A stretch of DNA of 39,897 nucleotides from a bacterium. GTDB lineage: Bacteria > AUK180. Position numbers and translations under genes: made by a program. The stretch lies in contig JAUXGM010000001.1 of assembly GCA_030622125.1 (NCBI GenBank), positions 1 through 39,897 on the forward strand, given 5' to 3'. The notes beneath the pieces are model-generated. The model was not told the origin of the DNA. It saw nothing but the letters and a program-made list of their open reading frames with translations, and did not search any database. Position 1 is the stretch's first letter. The number at the start of each line of letters is the position of its first letter. Shown here piece after piece: positions 1 to 9,953 of the stretch.

Positions 1-56
1 AAATATATATAATTAAATAATAAGTTTATATAAATAAAGTGTTAATGGAGGTTATT

Positions 57-1370
57 ATGAATGATATTATGAAAGAATTACAACAGATAGCCGAGATAAG
101 AGATATTTCATTTGAAGACGCCTATAATATATTAGAGAATTCGGTAAAAATGGCATTTATGAAAAAGGGGCAAAGAAATGAAAATAATGAACTTTACCCG
201 ATCTTTCTACAAAGAATAGAAATAAAGATGAGTAAAAAAAGAAATAGTATTTCCATTGTCTTTCATAAAGCGGTTGTAGAAGAGGTAAAGAATGAATGGA
301 TAGAGATTTCAATTGATGATCTTGAACTCCCTGAAAAAAAGAAAAAACTTGGTGAAATGATTAAAAAAACAGTTAGATTAAAACAGGTTCCAAGAGCTGT
401 TGCAAGCGACATTAGAAAGTTATTTAAAAATAAACTTTTAACAAAAGAAAAAGAATATGTCTATAAAGATTTTGAAGAAAACAAGATCGGTAAACTTGTA
501 ATAGGAACGATTATTGGTAAAGAACGCGAAAATAGAGATATTATAGGATATAGAGTGGATCTGGATAGAATATATGGTTTTTTACCTAATAACGAAGCGG
601 TTTTTGCCGATAAATACTCGATCGGAAAAAAATACAAATTTCTTTTAAAAGATATTAGAGAAGAAGACGGGCAAAAAAGGATAATTCTTTCAAGAAGAGA
701 TGCGATGTTTGTTAAAGAACTTTTGAAACAACAAATTCCTGAGGTTAAGGATGGTTATGTAGTTATCAAAAAGATCGTTAGACAACCGGGAGTAAGAACA
801 AAGGTCTCTGTTTATTCGGATAATAAAAAATTAGATCCGGTTGGTGCCTGTGTCGGACCAAGTGCCCATAGAATTAGTGAAATAAGAAAAATATTGGGAG
901 AAAAGATAGATATTATACAGTACAGTGATAACCTTGATGAATATATTAAAAATTCACTGAAACCGGCACAGATAAAGAAAATAAACATCAATAAAAGGAA
1001 GAAGAGGGTTCTGGTAATTATACCCGATACGAAAGAACAACTTGGACATGCACTCGGCAAAAATGAGTCGAATAAGAATCTTACCGAACAATTGATAGGT
1101 ATGGCAGTAGAGATCAAAAAAGAGAATGAATACAAAGAAGAACTTGAAAAAGAAAAAAATGCGCTTCTTATTTCAAGAACCGTTTTAATGGGACTTAAAG
1201 GAATAACGCAGGCAACTGCTATAAGTTTAACTCAGTTTTACGGTACATTGGAAGATATCGCTTTTTTAGAACCCGTAGAAATAGTTAATGATTTTGAAAA
1301 TATAAACATTCGTTTAGCCAAAAAAATAATTGATATTGCAAAAGGGAATGTTGAGAGACTATACAAATAG
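57..1370 (+). CDS. nusA: Transcription termination/antitermination factor NusA
   Basis: ORF 39..1370. I prefer the ATG at 57, a few nt after GGAGG (47-51). The KH-region motif DPVGACVGPSAHRISEIRKILGEKIDIIQY is typical of NusA. The gene lies directly upstream of infB. Confidence 0.9.
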   Translation: MNDIMKELQQIAEIRDISFEDAYNILENSVKMAFMKKGQRNENNELYPIFLQRIEIKMSKKRNSISIVFHKAVVEEVKNEWIEISIDDLELPEKKKKLGEMIKKTVRLKQVPRAVASDIRKLFKNKLLTKEKEYVYKDFEENKIGKLVIGTIIGKERENRDIIGYRVDLDRIYGFLPNNEAVFADKYSIGKKYKFLLKDIREEDGQKRIILSRRDAMFVKELLKQQIPEVKDGYVVIKKIVRQPGVRTKVSVYSDNKKLDPVGACVGPSAHRISEIRKILGEKIDIIQYSDNLDEYIKNSLKPAQIKKININKRKKRVLVIIPDTKEQLGHALGKNESNKNLTEQLIGMAVEIKKENEYKEELEKEKNALLISRTVLMGLKGITQATAISLTQFYGTLEDIAFLEPVEIVNDFENINIRLAKKIIDIAKGNVERLYK

Positions 1371-1386
1371 GAAAAAGAGGTGAATT

Positions 1387-4044
1387 ATGCGCAGACGAGA
1401 ATTAGCAAAAGAATTTGGTTTGGAATACAATGCCGTTAGAAAAATCATTGAAAAAGAATTTCCAGGAGAAGATTGGTCTCAATCCGCTAAAAATATTGAA
1501 CCGAATTTATTGGGTCTATATCGCGAAAAAATAAAAAAGAATCTAAAATTACATAAAGGAACAGAGATCAAAAAAAGCGAGAAACTTAAAGCTAAAATAC
1601 AAAAAAAACAGGCAACCGAAAAAGCAAAACCGGCAAAAAAATCCAAATTAGTGAAGAAAAGTAAGAAGGAAAAAGAAAAGAAATCTGTAAAAAAAGAAGA
1701 GGTAAAGATAACTAAAAAAGCGGGGATTTCTAAAAAAGAAAAGGAAAAACTTGAAAAAAAGAAAAAAGCAAAAATAGAACTTGAACAGAAAAGAAAAGAG
1801 GAAGAAAAAAAACGAGAACTTGAATTAAAAGAAAAAGAAGCAAAAGATCTTGAAGAAAGAAAAAAAAAGATACTGGATAGAAAAAAGAAGGAAATCGAAA
1901 AAGACAAAAGGATAAAAATAGCCAGGGCAGAAAGAGCGCAAAGAAGGAAGGAAGAAAATAAAAAAAGAATTCAAAAGGATGCAGCAAAAAAAATTAGTAA
2001 AAAACCGGAAATCCAAAAACAAACCAAGAAAATCGTAAAAAAAGAAGTCGATACCGATATTTCCTTTAAAGAAAAAAGAAAAGGATTTACACAGAAAAAG
2101 AAATTTATAAAGAAAGAAACCGAAGGCATAAAGAAAAAACCTAAAAGACTAATATCAAAGGATTTTGATATTGATATTGATACCGAGTTATACGAACTGG
2201 AACATAAGAAAAAACAAAAAATTGAAAATCAGGAAAAGTTGATAGTTACCGCAAATAAGCCCGTTCCTAAAAAAACAAAGGCAAAAAGGAAAAGGAAAAG
2301 AAAAGAAACCGAAGAAGAAGAAGGCAAATTGCTTATATCTGAAAATTCAACCCCTGAGGAAATTGCGAACTTTATGGATATAGAAACATTTGAATTAATA
2401 AATAAAATGAAAGAATTCGACCTATGGCTCTCCCCTACTCAGCAATTGGATTACAATGATATTAATTCAATATGTCAGGCTATGGACATTGAAAATTATC
2501 GGATCATTGAAATACAAGACAAGAAAATTAGGGGAAAAAAAGAGAAATTAACAGATACACGAGTTCCAATAATTACGGTTATGGGACATATTGATCATGG
2601 TAAAACTACTATACTCGATGCCCTTAGAAATACTAATATTGCTTCCGGGGAAAGCGGTGGTATTACACAGAACATCGGTGCCTCATATATCTCCACCAAA
2701 TACGGAGATTTTTGTATGATAGATACCCCCGGACACAGTGCTTTTACCGCTATGAGAGCAAGAGGGGCTAAGGTTTGTGATATGGTTATCCTTGTTGTAG
2801 CCGCCGATGATGGCGTACAGCCACAAACAATTGAAGCGATAAATCATGCAAGGAGTGCCAAATTGCCTATCATCGTTGTTGTTAATAAGATAGATAAGGG
2901 AAATGCGAGGATTGATTTTGTCAAAAAGCAGCTTACCGACTACAATTTAGTAGATATGAACTACGGAGGTAATACTATCTTCGTAGAAGTATCCGCTTTA
3001 AAAAAGACAAATATTGAAGACGTCCTGGAGGCAATTCAGTTACAGGCGTTAGAAATGCAGCTTGGTGTAGATAATAGTAAGCCTGCTTACGGTTTTGTAA
3101 TTGAATCGAAAATAGATAAGGGTAGAGGACCGATAGCAAATCTAATTATTACGAATGGAACATTACATTTAAAAGATAACTTTGTCTGCGGCACAACTTA
3201 TGGTAGGGTTAAAATGCTTGTTGATCAAGATAAAAAAGTAATAGAAGAGATATTACCCGGACATCCTATTCAGGTAGCCGGATTTCAGGATCTGCCCGAA
3301 CCCGGTGATGTTATATTTGTTACATCGGATGAAAGAGAAGCAAAAGAAAAATCGATCGATAGAAAAAGAATCATTGAAGAAACCAAACTTACTTCTAATA
3401 AACCGATAAACATTGAAGATCTATTCGCACAGGTGAAAGGTGAACAAAAAGAATTAAAAGTTATTATTAAAGCTGATGTTTCAGGTTCACTTGGGGTTTT
3501 AAATGATCTCTTTCAAAATTTCCAGTATAAAGATATTCAAATCAATGTTCTTCATTCCGCTGTCGGAGATATAACTGAAAATGATATTTTTCTCACATCT
3601 TCCTCAAATGCCATTATTTTAGGATTTAAGATCAAGCTGCCGAATTCTTTAAAGAAATTGGTAGAAAAAGAGAATGCCAAAATAAATATTTTTCAAACAG
3701 TATTTGAAATAGAAGATTTTATAAAAGAATTTATCGAAGGACATGCTGTAAAGGAAATGGTTGAAAAGATAAGCGGCACGGCAGAAATACGAACGATATT
3801 TACAATTGGAAAAATTATTAAGATTGCAGGATGCTATATGAAAGAGGGAATGGTCACACGCAAATCATACATCAGGGTCAAGAGAAATGATGAGATCGTA
3901 CATGAGGGAAGTTTAGAATCATTAAAACGCGGCAAAAATGATGCAAAAGAAGTTAAACAAGGACTTGAATTCGGTGTTAAGATCAAGGATTTTAATGATA
4001 TTGAAGAAGGTGATCTACTTGAATTTTACCATTATGAACAATGA
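1387..4044 (+). CDS. infB: Translation initiation factor IF-2
   Basis: G-domain motifs GHIDHGKTT, DTPGH and NKID. Long Lys/Glu-rich N-terminal region. Purine-rich RBS (AGAGGTG) upstream of the ATG. Conserved nusA-infB order. Confidence 0.95.
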   Translation: MRRRELAKEFGLEYNAVRKIIEKEFPGEDWSQSAKNIEPNLLGLYREKIKKNLKLHKGTEIKKSEKLKAKIQKKQATEKAKPAKKSKLVKKSKKEKEKKSVKKEEVKITKKAGISKKEKEKLEKKKKAKIELEQKRKEEEKKRELELKEKEAKDLEERKKKILDRKKKEIEKDKRIKIARAERAQRRKEENKKRIQKDAAKKISKKPEIQKQTKKIVKKEVDTDISFKEKRKGFTQKKKFIKKETEGIKKKPKRLISKDFDIDIDTELYELEHKKKQKIENQEKLIVTANKPVPKKTKAKRKRKRKETEEEEGKLLISENSTPEEIANFMDIETFELINKMKEFDLWLSPTQQLDYNDINSICQAMDIENYRIIEIQDKKIRGKKEKLTDTRVPIITVMGHIDHGKTTILDALRNTNIASGESGGITQNIGASYISTKYGDFCMIDTPGHSAFTAMRARGAKVCDMVILVVAADDGVQPQTIEAINHARSAKLPIIVVVNKIDKGNARIDFVKKQLTDYNLVDMNYGGNTIFVEVSALKKTNIEDVLEAIQLQALEMQLGVDNSKPAYGFVIESKIDKGRGPIANLIITNGTLHLKDNFVCGTTYGRVKMLVDQDKKVIEEILPGHPIQVAGFQDLPEPGDVIFVTSDEREAKEKSIDRKRIIEETKLTSNKPINIEDLFAQVKGEQKELKVIIKADVSGSLGVLNDLFQNFQYKDIQINVLHSAVGDITENDIFLTSSSNAIILGFKIKLPNSLKKLVEKENAKINIFQTVFEIEDFIKEFIEGHAVKEMVEKISGTAEIRTIFTIGKIIKIAGCYMKEGMVTRKSYIRVKRNDEIVHEGSLESLKRGKNDAKEVKQGLEFGVKIKDFNDIEEGDLLEFYHYEQ

Positions 4045-4322
4045 TCGTGAGCCTGTATAAAATAAAAATAAAATTATTGGGAAATATTACTTCCCTTAAA
4101 GAAAAAAGAAGGATTGTCTCCTCCGTAAAAAATAGTATAAAGAACAAATTCAATGTTTCCATTAGGGAAGTAAATTATCAGGATTATCTTAATATATCCG
4201 AAATTGCAATGGCTTATATTGCTCTTTCTTCAAAAGAACTTGATAAATTTGAGGCAAGGATAATGGAAAACTTATTTGGCAAAAATATTGAAATAGTCAA
4301 TTTTGAAAGGAATTTAAAATGA
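4041..4322 (+). CDS. DUF503 (YlxP-like) protein
   Basis: 93 aa. The start overlaps the infB stop (ATGA). The SLKEKRRIVSSVKNSIKNKFNVSIREV segment resembles DUF503. The position between infB and rbfA is classical for this family. Confidence 0.65.
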   Translation: MIVSLYKIKIKLLGNITSLKEKRRIVSSVKNSIKNKFNVSIREVNYQDYLNISEIAMAYIALSSKELDKFEARIMENLFGKNIEIVNFERNLK

Positions 4323-4693
4323 CACAAAGCAGTCGGGATGTTTATAAGAATAAACTAATTTCTCTTATAAAAAGGAATGTTAATGAAATAATATTTAAGG
4401 AAATTGACAATCCGAATTTAGAATCGGTGATAATAAAACATATTGAATTCAACGGGGACAATACGATCGCTTATATTTATGTTGAAACTTATAAAAAGGA
4501 TATAAGGAAAGAAAAACTTATAAGTGAACTAAATAAGGCATCCGGTTTTATTCATATACATTTAAAAAAAGCATTGCATATAAAGAGAATTCCCAAATTA
4601 GTTTTCAGATACGATATCTCAACAGATTATTTTTTTAAAATGGGGACATTATTGAACAAAATTGAAAACGAAAATAACAAAGAAAAAAATTAA
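4319..4693 (+). CDS. rbfA: Ribosome-binding factor A
   Basis: 124 aa. ATGA overlap with the upstream gene. The C-terminal RIPKLVFRYD motif and the position after infB are typical of RbfA. Confidence 0.8.
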   Translation: MTQSSRDVYKNKLISLIKRNVNEIIFKEIDNPNLESVIIKHIEFNGDNTIAYIYVETYKKDIRKEKLISELNKASGFIHIHLKKALHIKRIPKLVFRYDISTDYFFKMGTLLNKIENENNKEKN

Positions 4694-5612
4694 AGAATTT
4701 ATCCTTAATAGTAACAATTTTCTGATAACAGCTCATAAAAATCCTGATCTTGACGCAATTTCTTCGCTTTCATTTATGGTAAATTTTCTGCTTTTCAATA
4801 AAAAACAGGTGTTTTGGAAAATGATATCTCCCATCAATCCAAAATTTAAAGACATTATAGCCGATATAAAAAAATATAAATACTCCAATCAAAAAATAGA
4901 TGTTGTTGTTTATCTTGATTGCACTTCAAAAGAAAGAACCGGACTTACTTTTACCGATAATAGTTTAACGGTAAACATAGATCATCATCCGTCGAATAGT
5001 TTTTTTTGCAATTTTAATTATGTAAAACCGACAAGATCCTCTACTTCCGAAATATTATATGACCTTTTCTGTCCTGATAAAACAATCTCCGATAATATTA
5101 AATTAAAGAAATATATTCTATTGGGAATTATCGGAGATACGGGTTTCTTAAAATATGAAAATACTACATCGCATACATTTAAGATCGTATCGGAAATAAC
5201 AAAAGATGTATCGATTTTTGATATCTATAAAAAATACTATCAGGTTATGACAATTGAACATTACAAATATTTTTCATATCTCATAAAGAAATTAACTTAT
5301 GCAGGTAATGGGCTTTATTATATTGCACTTACTTATAACGAGCTTCTAAATTGTAAATTATCTTATGATGATATTTCCGAATTATTTGCTCTTTTTAGAG
5401 ATATTAAAGGAGCAAGGATACTTCTTTTTTTTAGGGAATATGAACCCCGTAATGTCCGCATAAACCTTAGAGGAAATGATGATATCGATCTCAATAAGAT
5501 CGCAAACAGGTTTGGAGGCGGTGGACATGAAAAGGCAGCAGCAGTTACCTTGCAAGGCAGTTTAAATACGATAATAAAAAAAGTTTTGAATATTGTTGGA
5601 GAATCCTTATAA
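4662..5612 (+). CDS. DHH/DHHA1 phosphoesterase (NrnA-like oligoribonuclease/pAp phosphatase)
   Basis: DHH motif (NIDHHPSN) and DHHA1 motif (FGGGGHEKAAA). Lies between rbfA and truB, as in several phyla. Start uncertain (32-nt overlap with rbfA). Confidence 0.8.
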   Translation: MKTKITKKKIKEFILNSNNFLITAHKNPDLDAISSLSFMVNFLLFNKKQVFWKMISPINPKFKDIIADIKKYKYSNQKIDVVVYLDCTSKERTGLTFTDNSLTVNIDHHPSNSFFCNFNYVKPTRSSTSEILYDLFCPDKTISDNIKLKKYILLGIIGDTGFLKYENTTSHTFKIVSEITKDVSIFDIYKKYYQVMTIEHYKYFSYLIKKLTYAGNGLYYIALTYNELLNCKLSYDDISELFALFRDIKGARILLFFREYEPRNVRINLRGNDDIDLNKIANRFGGGGHEKAAAVTLQGSLNTIIKKVLNIVGESL

Positions 5613-6457
5613 TGAATAATATAAGCGGTATCTTACTTATCGATAAACCGAACGGGCTAACTTCTTTTGATGTTTGTGATAAAATAAAAAAGAGGTTTAA
5701 ATTAAAAAAGGCAGGACACAGCGGAACACTGGATCCTCAAGCAACAGGATTGCTTGTCGTAGGGATCAATAAAGGCACCAAAATATTAAGATTTCTTCCA
5801 TCAAAAAATAAGGTCTATGAACTTGAAATAGAATGGGGACTTGAAACGGATAGTTGGGATTTAGAGGGAAATGTTTTAAAAAGAGTCAATTGTGAGCCCA
5901 AATTAGAGGACATAAAAAATAGGTTTAGTGAATTTATAGGTACAATTTCATTAGCGATCCCCTATTTTTCGGCAAAAAAAGTGGATGGAGAACGTTTATA
6001 TAAACTTGCTCGAAAAAAAGTTTATAAGACCATCTATAAAGATATGGAGATCAAAAGCATCAAATATATTGATCGGAAAAAAATTGAAATTACCTGCTCT
6101 ATCGGAACTTATGTTAGAAGTATTGTTCATACTTTGGGTGAAAAATTAGATTGTCCTGCAACGCTTTCCTCACTATGTCGAACGGTAAATAATGGATTTT
6201 TTAATAAAGATGCAATTTCATTGGAAAATGTATTGAAAAAAAATGAATTAAGTGATATAATAATAAGTTTGAACGATGCTCTTTCACATTTATCACCTAT
6301 CTATATAGATAAAAGCATATATAACGGGATCTGTTTCGGAGAAACGATCAATATGAAATTATTTAAGGATGTTGGTAAATACCGCCTTATTTACAATGGC
6401 AAATTGGCAGCCATTGCAAAAGTTGGTGATGATGTGAAAATTGTCAATTTTACCTGA
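5612..6457 (+). CDS. truB: tRNA pseudouridine-55 synthase TruB
   Basis: Catalytic-Asp motif GHSGTLDPQATGLLVVG. The ATG overlaps the upstream stop by 1 nt. Confidence 0.9.
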   Translation: MNNISGILLIDKPNGLTSFDVCDKIKKRFKLKKAGHSGTLDPQATGLLVVGINKGTKILRFLPSKNKVYELEIEWGLETDSWDLEGNVLKRVNCEPKLEDIKNRFSEFIGTISLAIPYFSAKKVDGERLYKLARKKVYKTIYKDMEIKSIKYIDRKKIEITCSIGTYVRSIVHTLGEKLDCPATLSSLCRTVNNGFFNKDAISLENVLKKNELSDIIISLNDALSHLSPIYIDKSIYNGICFGETINMKLFKDVGKYRLIYNGKLAAIAKVGDDVKIVNFT

Positions 6458-6472
6458 GTCTTGAGTTCATAG

Positions 6473-6478
6473 TATAAT
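6473..6478 (+). promoter_or_regulatory. Possible -10 box (TAGTATAAT context) upstream of rpsO
   Basis: TATAAT at 6473-6478, preceded by TAG as at 38800-38808. Only a weak -35 (TTACCT, 6450-6455, 17-nt spacer). Confidence 0.3.
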
Positions 6479-6509
6479 GGATGATTAGGGTTCAGGCGTA
6501 TGGAGGCTT

Positions 6510-6779
6510 ATGATGATTAGCAAAGAAGCTAAAGAAAAAATTATCAAGAAGTACGGCAGGAATCAGAAGGATTCCGGTTCCGTAGAAGTGCAAATTGCTA
6601 TTACTACCGAAAGAATTACAAACCTTTCCGAACATTTGAAAACTAATAAAAAGGATCATGGTTCGAGAAGAGGTCTATTGAAATTAATAGCAAGAAGAAA
6701 GAGTTTATTATCCTATCTCTCAAAAAAGGATTATGAAGCTTATGTAAAGCTAATAAAAAAACTGAAATTAAAAAGTTAA
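6510..6779 (+). CDS. rpsO: 30S ribosomal protein S15
   Basis: 89 aa. Canonical S15 sequence (GSVEVQIA...[29 protein letters not shown]). GGAGG upstream. Confidence 0.95.
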   Translation: MMISKEAKEKIIKKYGRNQKDSGSVEVQIAITTERITNLSEHLKTNKKDHGSRRGLLKLIARRKSLLSYLSKKDYEAYVKLIKKLKLKS

Positions 6780-6797
6780 AACATTTAGGAGAAAATT

Positions 6798-8858
6798 TTG
6801 AAAGAATTTACTATTGATTTTGAAAACAATCAGCAATTAAAAGTGAAAACTAACTATATTGCTAAACAAGCAAATGGCTCGGTATTAGTACAAAAAGGGG
6901 AAACCGTTGTTTTGGCAGCGGTTGTTATGTCAAAGAAAGACAAAGAAGGACTTTCCTTTTTTCCATTGAGCGTTGAATATAGGGAAAAAACTTATGCAGC
7001 AGGAAAAATTCCAGGGGGCTTTTTTAAAAGAGAAGGTAAACCCATGGACAATGAGGTTCTTTCATCAAGAAAGATAGATAGACCGATTCGTCCACTTTTT
7101 CCCGATTGGTTAAAAAAGGAGGTGCAGATAAGCGTAACCGTTCTATCCTACGATGGGGTAAATCCCTCCGATTCATTGGGAATAATAGCTGCATCAACAG
7201 CTCTTATGATATCGGATATTCCCTTTGACGGTCCCGTAAGCGGGATCAAACTCGTAATGGAAGATAATAAATGGTTTGTTAATCCGCAATCATCCTTAGA
7301 TAACTGTCAGGCAGTTATTAATATGGCTGGAAAAGATAAAAATGTTGTAATGCTTGAAGGGGAACTTGATGAAATATCAGAAGAAAAATTTCTTGAAGGA
7401 ATAGATATTGCTTCAAGTTATATAAGCAAATTAAGCGATTTTCAAAGAGATATTGCAAGGGAGGTAGGAAAAGAAAAACTGCAACCGCCGGAAGAGAAAA
7501 TATTAATTGGGGAAGATGATAAGAATATTACCGACTCTATAGTTGAAAAGAGATTTAATGAGCTTTATGAAAAAAACATTAAAAAAGAGAAAGAAGATCT
7601 ATTATCGGAAATTAAAGATGAAATACTCTCTGAATATGATGAGGAAGATGAAAAATTACCTGAGATTAAAAAGTATATTGAGGATTCATTTAAGAAAAGG
7701 GTTAGGGATAACATCCTTGAAAAACGACTTAGAGCCGACAACAGGGATCCGGATCAAATCAGGCCGATATCAATAGAAATCGGTATTTTACCGAGGGTTC
7801 ATGGAAGTGCAATATTTACAAGAGGAGAAACCCAGGCAGTGGTAACAACAACCCTTGGAACGAGTTATGATGAACAGATAATAGATAATCTTGAAGGCGA
7901 CAATAGAAAAAAATTTATGCTCCATTATAATTTTCCTCCTTATTCTGTCGGTGAAATCGGATTTTATAGAAGCGTTTCAAGAAGGGAGATCGGACATGGT
8001 CATCTTGCCGAGATCTCTCTTTCTTCTGTTCTTCCGGAAACCTCAAGATTCCCTTATACAATAAGGATCGTCTCGGAAATAACAGAGTCAAACGGGTCAT
8101 CTTCAATGGCAACGGTTTGCGGTTCTACCTTATCACTTTTAGATGCAGGTGTTCCTCTAAAAAAACCGGTTGCAGGAATTGCAATGGGATTGGTTACAAA
8201 AAATGATGATTATGTTGTTTTGACCGATATTCTTGGTATGGAAGATCATTGGGGCGATATGGATCTTAAGGTTACAGGCACTAAGGACGGTATAACGGCG
8301 ATCCAGATGGACCTTAAAATGGAGGGATTAAAAAGAAATATCTTTGCTGACGCATTAAAAAAAGCAAAAGTAGGAAGATTATCTATTCTTGACAAGATAA
8401 CGGAGGTTATATCGGAACCGCGGAATGAGGTATCAAAATATGCACCTAAAATAGGAATTGTCAATATTAAGCCTGAGAAGATCGGCAGCGTAATTGGTTC
8501 GGGCGGAAAAACAATAAAAGCAATCCAGGAAGAAACAGCTTCTAAAATAGAGATAGATGACAGTGGTTTAATTAAAATATTCGGATTTGACAAAGAGAAA
8601 GTAGACCTTGCAAAATCTTATGTTAATTTATTGTCAACCGGTCCAAGAAAAGATTCCATATATCCGGGTAGAGTGATCAGGATAGAAAAATATGGAATGT
8701 TCATTGAACTTGCACCGGGAATTAAGGGACTTTTACATGTTTCACAAATGAAGGATGAGAAGGAACTTAATAATTTTAATATTGGGGATGAAATAACCGT
8801 TAAAATCGTATATGCAAATATGAGAGAAGGTAAAGTAAATCTAACAGATAAGATATAA
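6798..8858 (+). CDS. pnp: Polyribonucleotide nucleotidyltransferase (PNPase)
   Basis: 686 aa. Two RNase PH-like halves, a KH motif (GSVIGSGGKTIKAIQEE) and an S1 domain (GRVIRIEKYGMFIEL). TTG start with AGGAG upstream. Follows rpsO. Confidence 0.95.
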   Translation: MKEFTIDFENNQQLKVKTNYIAKQANGSVLVQKGETVVLAAVVMSKKDKEGLSFFPLSVEYREKTYAAGKIPGGFFKREGKPMDNEVLSSRKIDRPIRPLFPDWLKKEVQISVTVLSYDGVNPSDSLGIIAASTALMISDIPFDGPVSGIKLVMEDNKWFVNPQSSLDNCQAVINMAGKDKNVVMLEGELDEISEEKFLEGIDIASSYISKLSDFQRDIAREVGKEKLQPPEEKILIGEDDKNITDSIVEKRFNELYEKNIKKEKEDLLSEIKDEILSEYDEEDEKLPEIKKYIEDSFKKRVRDNILEKRLRADNRDPDQIRPISIEIGILPRVHGSAIFTRGETQAVVTTTLGTSYDEQIIDNLEGDNRKKFMLHYNFPPYSVGEIGFYRSVSRREIGHGHLAEISLSSVLPETSRFPYTIRIVSEITESNGSSSMATVCGSTLSLLDAGVPLKKPVAGIAMGLVTKNDDYVVLTDILGMEDHWGDMDLKVTGTKDGITAIQMDLKMEGLKRNIFADALKKAKVGRLSILDKITEVISEPRNEVSKYAPKIGIVNIKPEKIGSVIGSGGKTIKAIQEETASKIEIDDSGLIKIFGFDKEKVDLAKSYVNLLSTGPRKDSIYPGRVIRIEKYGMFIELAPGIKGLLHVSQMKDEKELNNFNIGDEITVKIVYANMREGKVNLTDKI

Positions 8859-8860
8859 AG

Positions 8861-9310
8861 GTGGAAAGATTTGAAGTAAAGGTAGAAATCTTAAAAAACG
8901 GGAAGGGGTTACAACTTCCCTGCTACCAAACAAATGGAGCATCCGGGATAGACCTTTATGCAGCAAATACAGAATCCATCATATTAAAAAAGAAGGAGAG
9001 TGCCTTGATCCCAACCGGCTTAAAAATGGAAATTCCAGATGGGTATGAACTACAAATAAGACCCAGATCAGGCTTGGCTTTAAAAGAACAAATATCCATT
9101 TTAAATAGTCCGGGGACAGTAGATTCAGATTATCGAGGCGAGATAAAGATAATCCTTATTAATCTTTCCAATAAAGATTTTACTATAAAAAGGGGAATGA
9201 GAATAGCACAAGGAATATTTCAAAAGGTAGAAAGAGCGAATTTCATTATTGTAAATAAAGTTAATGAAACAAAGAGAGGGAAAGGTGGATTTGGACACAC
9301 AGGAAATTAA
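8861..9310 (+). CDS. dut: dUTP diphosphatase
   Basis: dUTPase motifs GASGIDL, RPRSGLALK, GTVDSDYRGEI and RGKGGFGHTG. GTV start assumed (GTG). Confidence 0.9.
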   Translation: MERFEVKVEILKNGKGLQLPCYQTNGASGIDLYAANTESIILKKKESALIPTGLKMEIPDGYELQIRPRSGLALKEQISILNSPGTVDSDYRGEIKIILINLSNKDFTIKRGMRIAQGIFQKVERANFIIVNKVNETKRGKGGFGHTGN

Positions 9311-9950
9311 TTCACTTTTTTTAGACACCACTCTCCCCTATTTTTCAATTGGAATAAAATACAATGGTAAGATATATGAAGATCATTACCCTCTTATGAC
9401 ATCTCATTCCATTGATCTTGAGAAAAGGATCTTCTCATTTCTTGATCAATACGAATTAACCCTGAACGATTTTGATGAGTATATATACAATCCAGGTCCC
9501 GGATCATTCACAGGTGTAAGGATCGGGGCGGCATTCCTAAACGGCTTCGCAGTTGTCTCCGAAAAAACCATATCGTATATACCACTTCTTAATGTTGTCC
9601 GAAATACCTTTTTAATTGCGAAGCAAAAATCGTTAAAGTCCAGGGACGTTACCTTTGAATGTAGTGAAAAGGTGCGTCCCGATACTATTTATATTCGAAA
9701 TGCAAAAAAACAAGAATTTTATGGGCTTAAAAAAAATTCTCAAAATTTCTTTATTGTGAAATTGAACAAACTTAAAAAGGAGTATCCGAATTGGAATATA
9801 CTTTATGATGGTACAATGGAATATGAGGATTTTCCATATAAAAAAGTTTTTCTTTACCCTCGTTATTTCTTAAAAAATATGGCATCAAAAAAAAATATTG
9901 AAAATTTTAAAATGAATTTTTTTTATATAAATCAACCGGATATAAGGTAA
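9264..9950 (+). CDS. tsaB: tRNA t6A biosynthesis protein TsaB-like (inactive Kae1/M22 homologue)
   Basis: NPGPGSFTGVRIGAAFLNGFA motif and an N-terminal LFLDTT segment. The true start may be GTG 9285 or TTG 9291, because the ORF overlaps the dut 3' end. Confidence 0.65.
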   Translation: MKQREGKVDLDTQEINSLFLDTTLPYFSIGIKYNGKIYEDHYPLMTSHSIDLEKRIFSFLDQYELTLNDFDEYIYNPGPGSFTGVRIGAAFLNGFAVVSEKTISYIPLLNVVRNTFLIAKQKSLKSRDVTFECSEKVRPDTIYIRNAKKQEFYGLKKNSQNFFIVKLNKLKKEYPNWNILYDGTMEYEDFPYKKVFLYPRYFLKNMASKKNIENFKMNFFYINQPDIR

Positions 9951-9953
9951 ATT

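Noticed and set aside
1479-2022. Antisense ORFs 1479..1907, 1730..1987 and 1825..2022 (Phe/Ser/Leu-rich)
   Set aside because: They are mirror images of the Lys/Glu-rich (AAR/GAR) low-complexity N-terminus of infB. The composition-driven open frames have no start context.
7543-7776. Alternative-frame ORF inside pnp, and other nested ORFs (812..1135, 7915..8112, 8246..8593, 9125..9331, 11829..12080, 11885..12088, 12405..12608, 12768..12965, 12981..13322, 15605..15844, 17003..17197, 17714..18025, 18145..18327, 20442..20768, 21529..21714, 26378..26578, 28429..28728, 29444..29650, 32238..32534, 32758..32949, 33132..33356, 33290..33481, 34297..34584, 34846..35052, 35736..35927, 35929..36120, 36111..36326, 38358..38543, 39009..39212)
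   Set aside because: All lie within or antisense to well-supported longer genes or repeat DNA. They lack RBS and recognisable motifs and have biased low-complexity composition.
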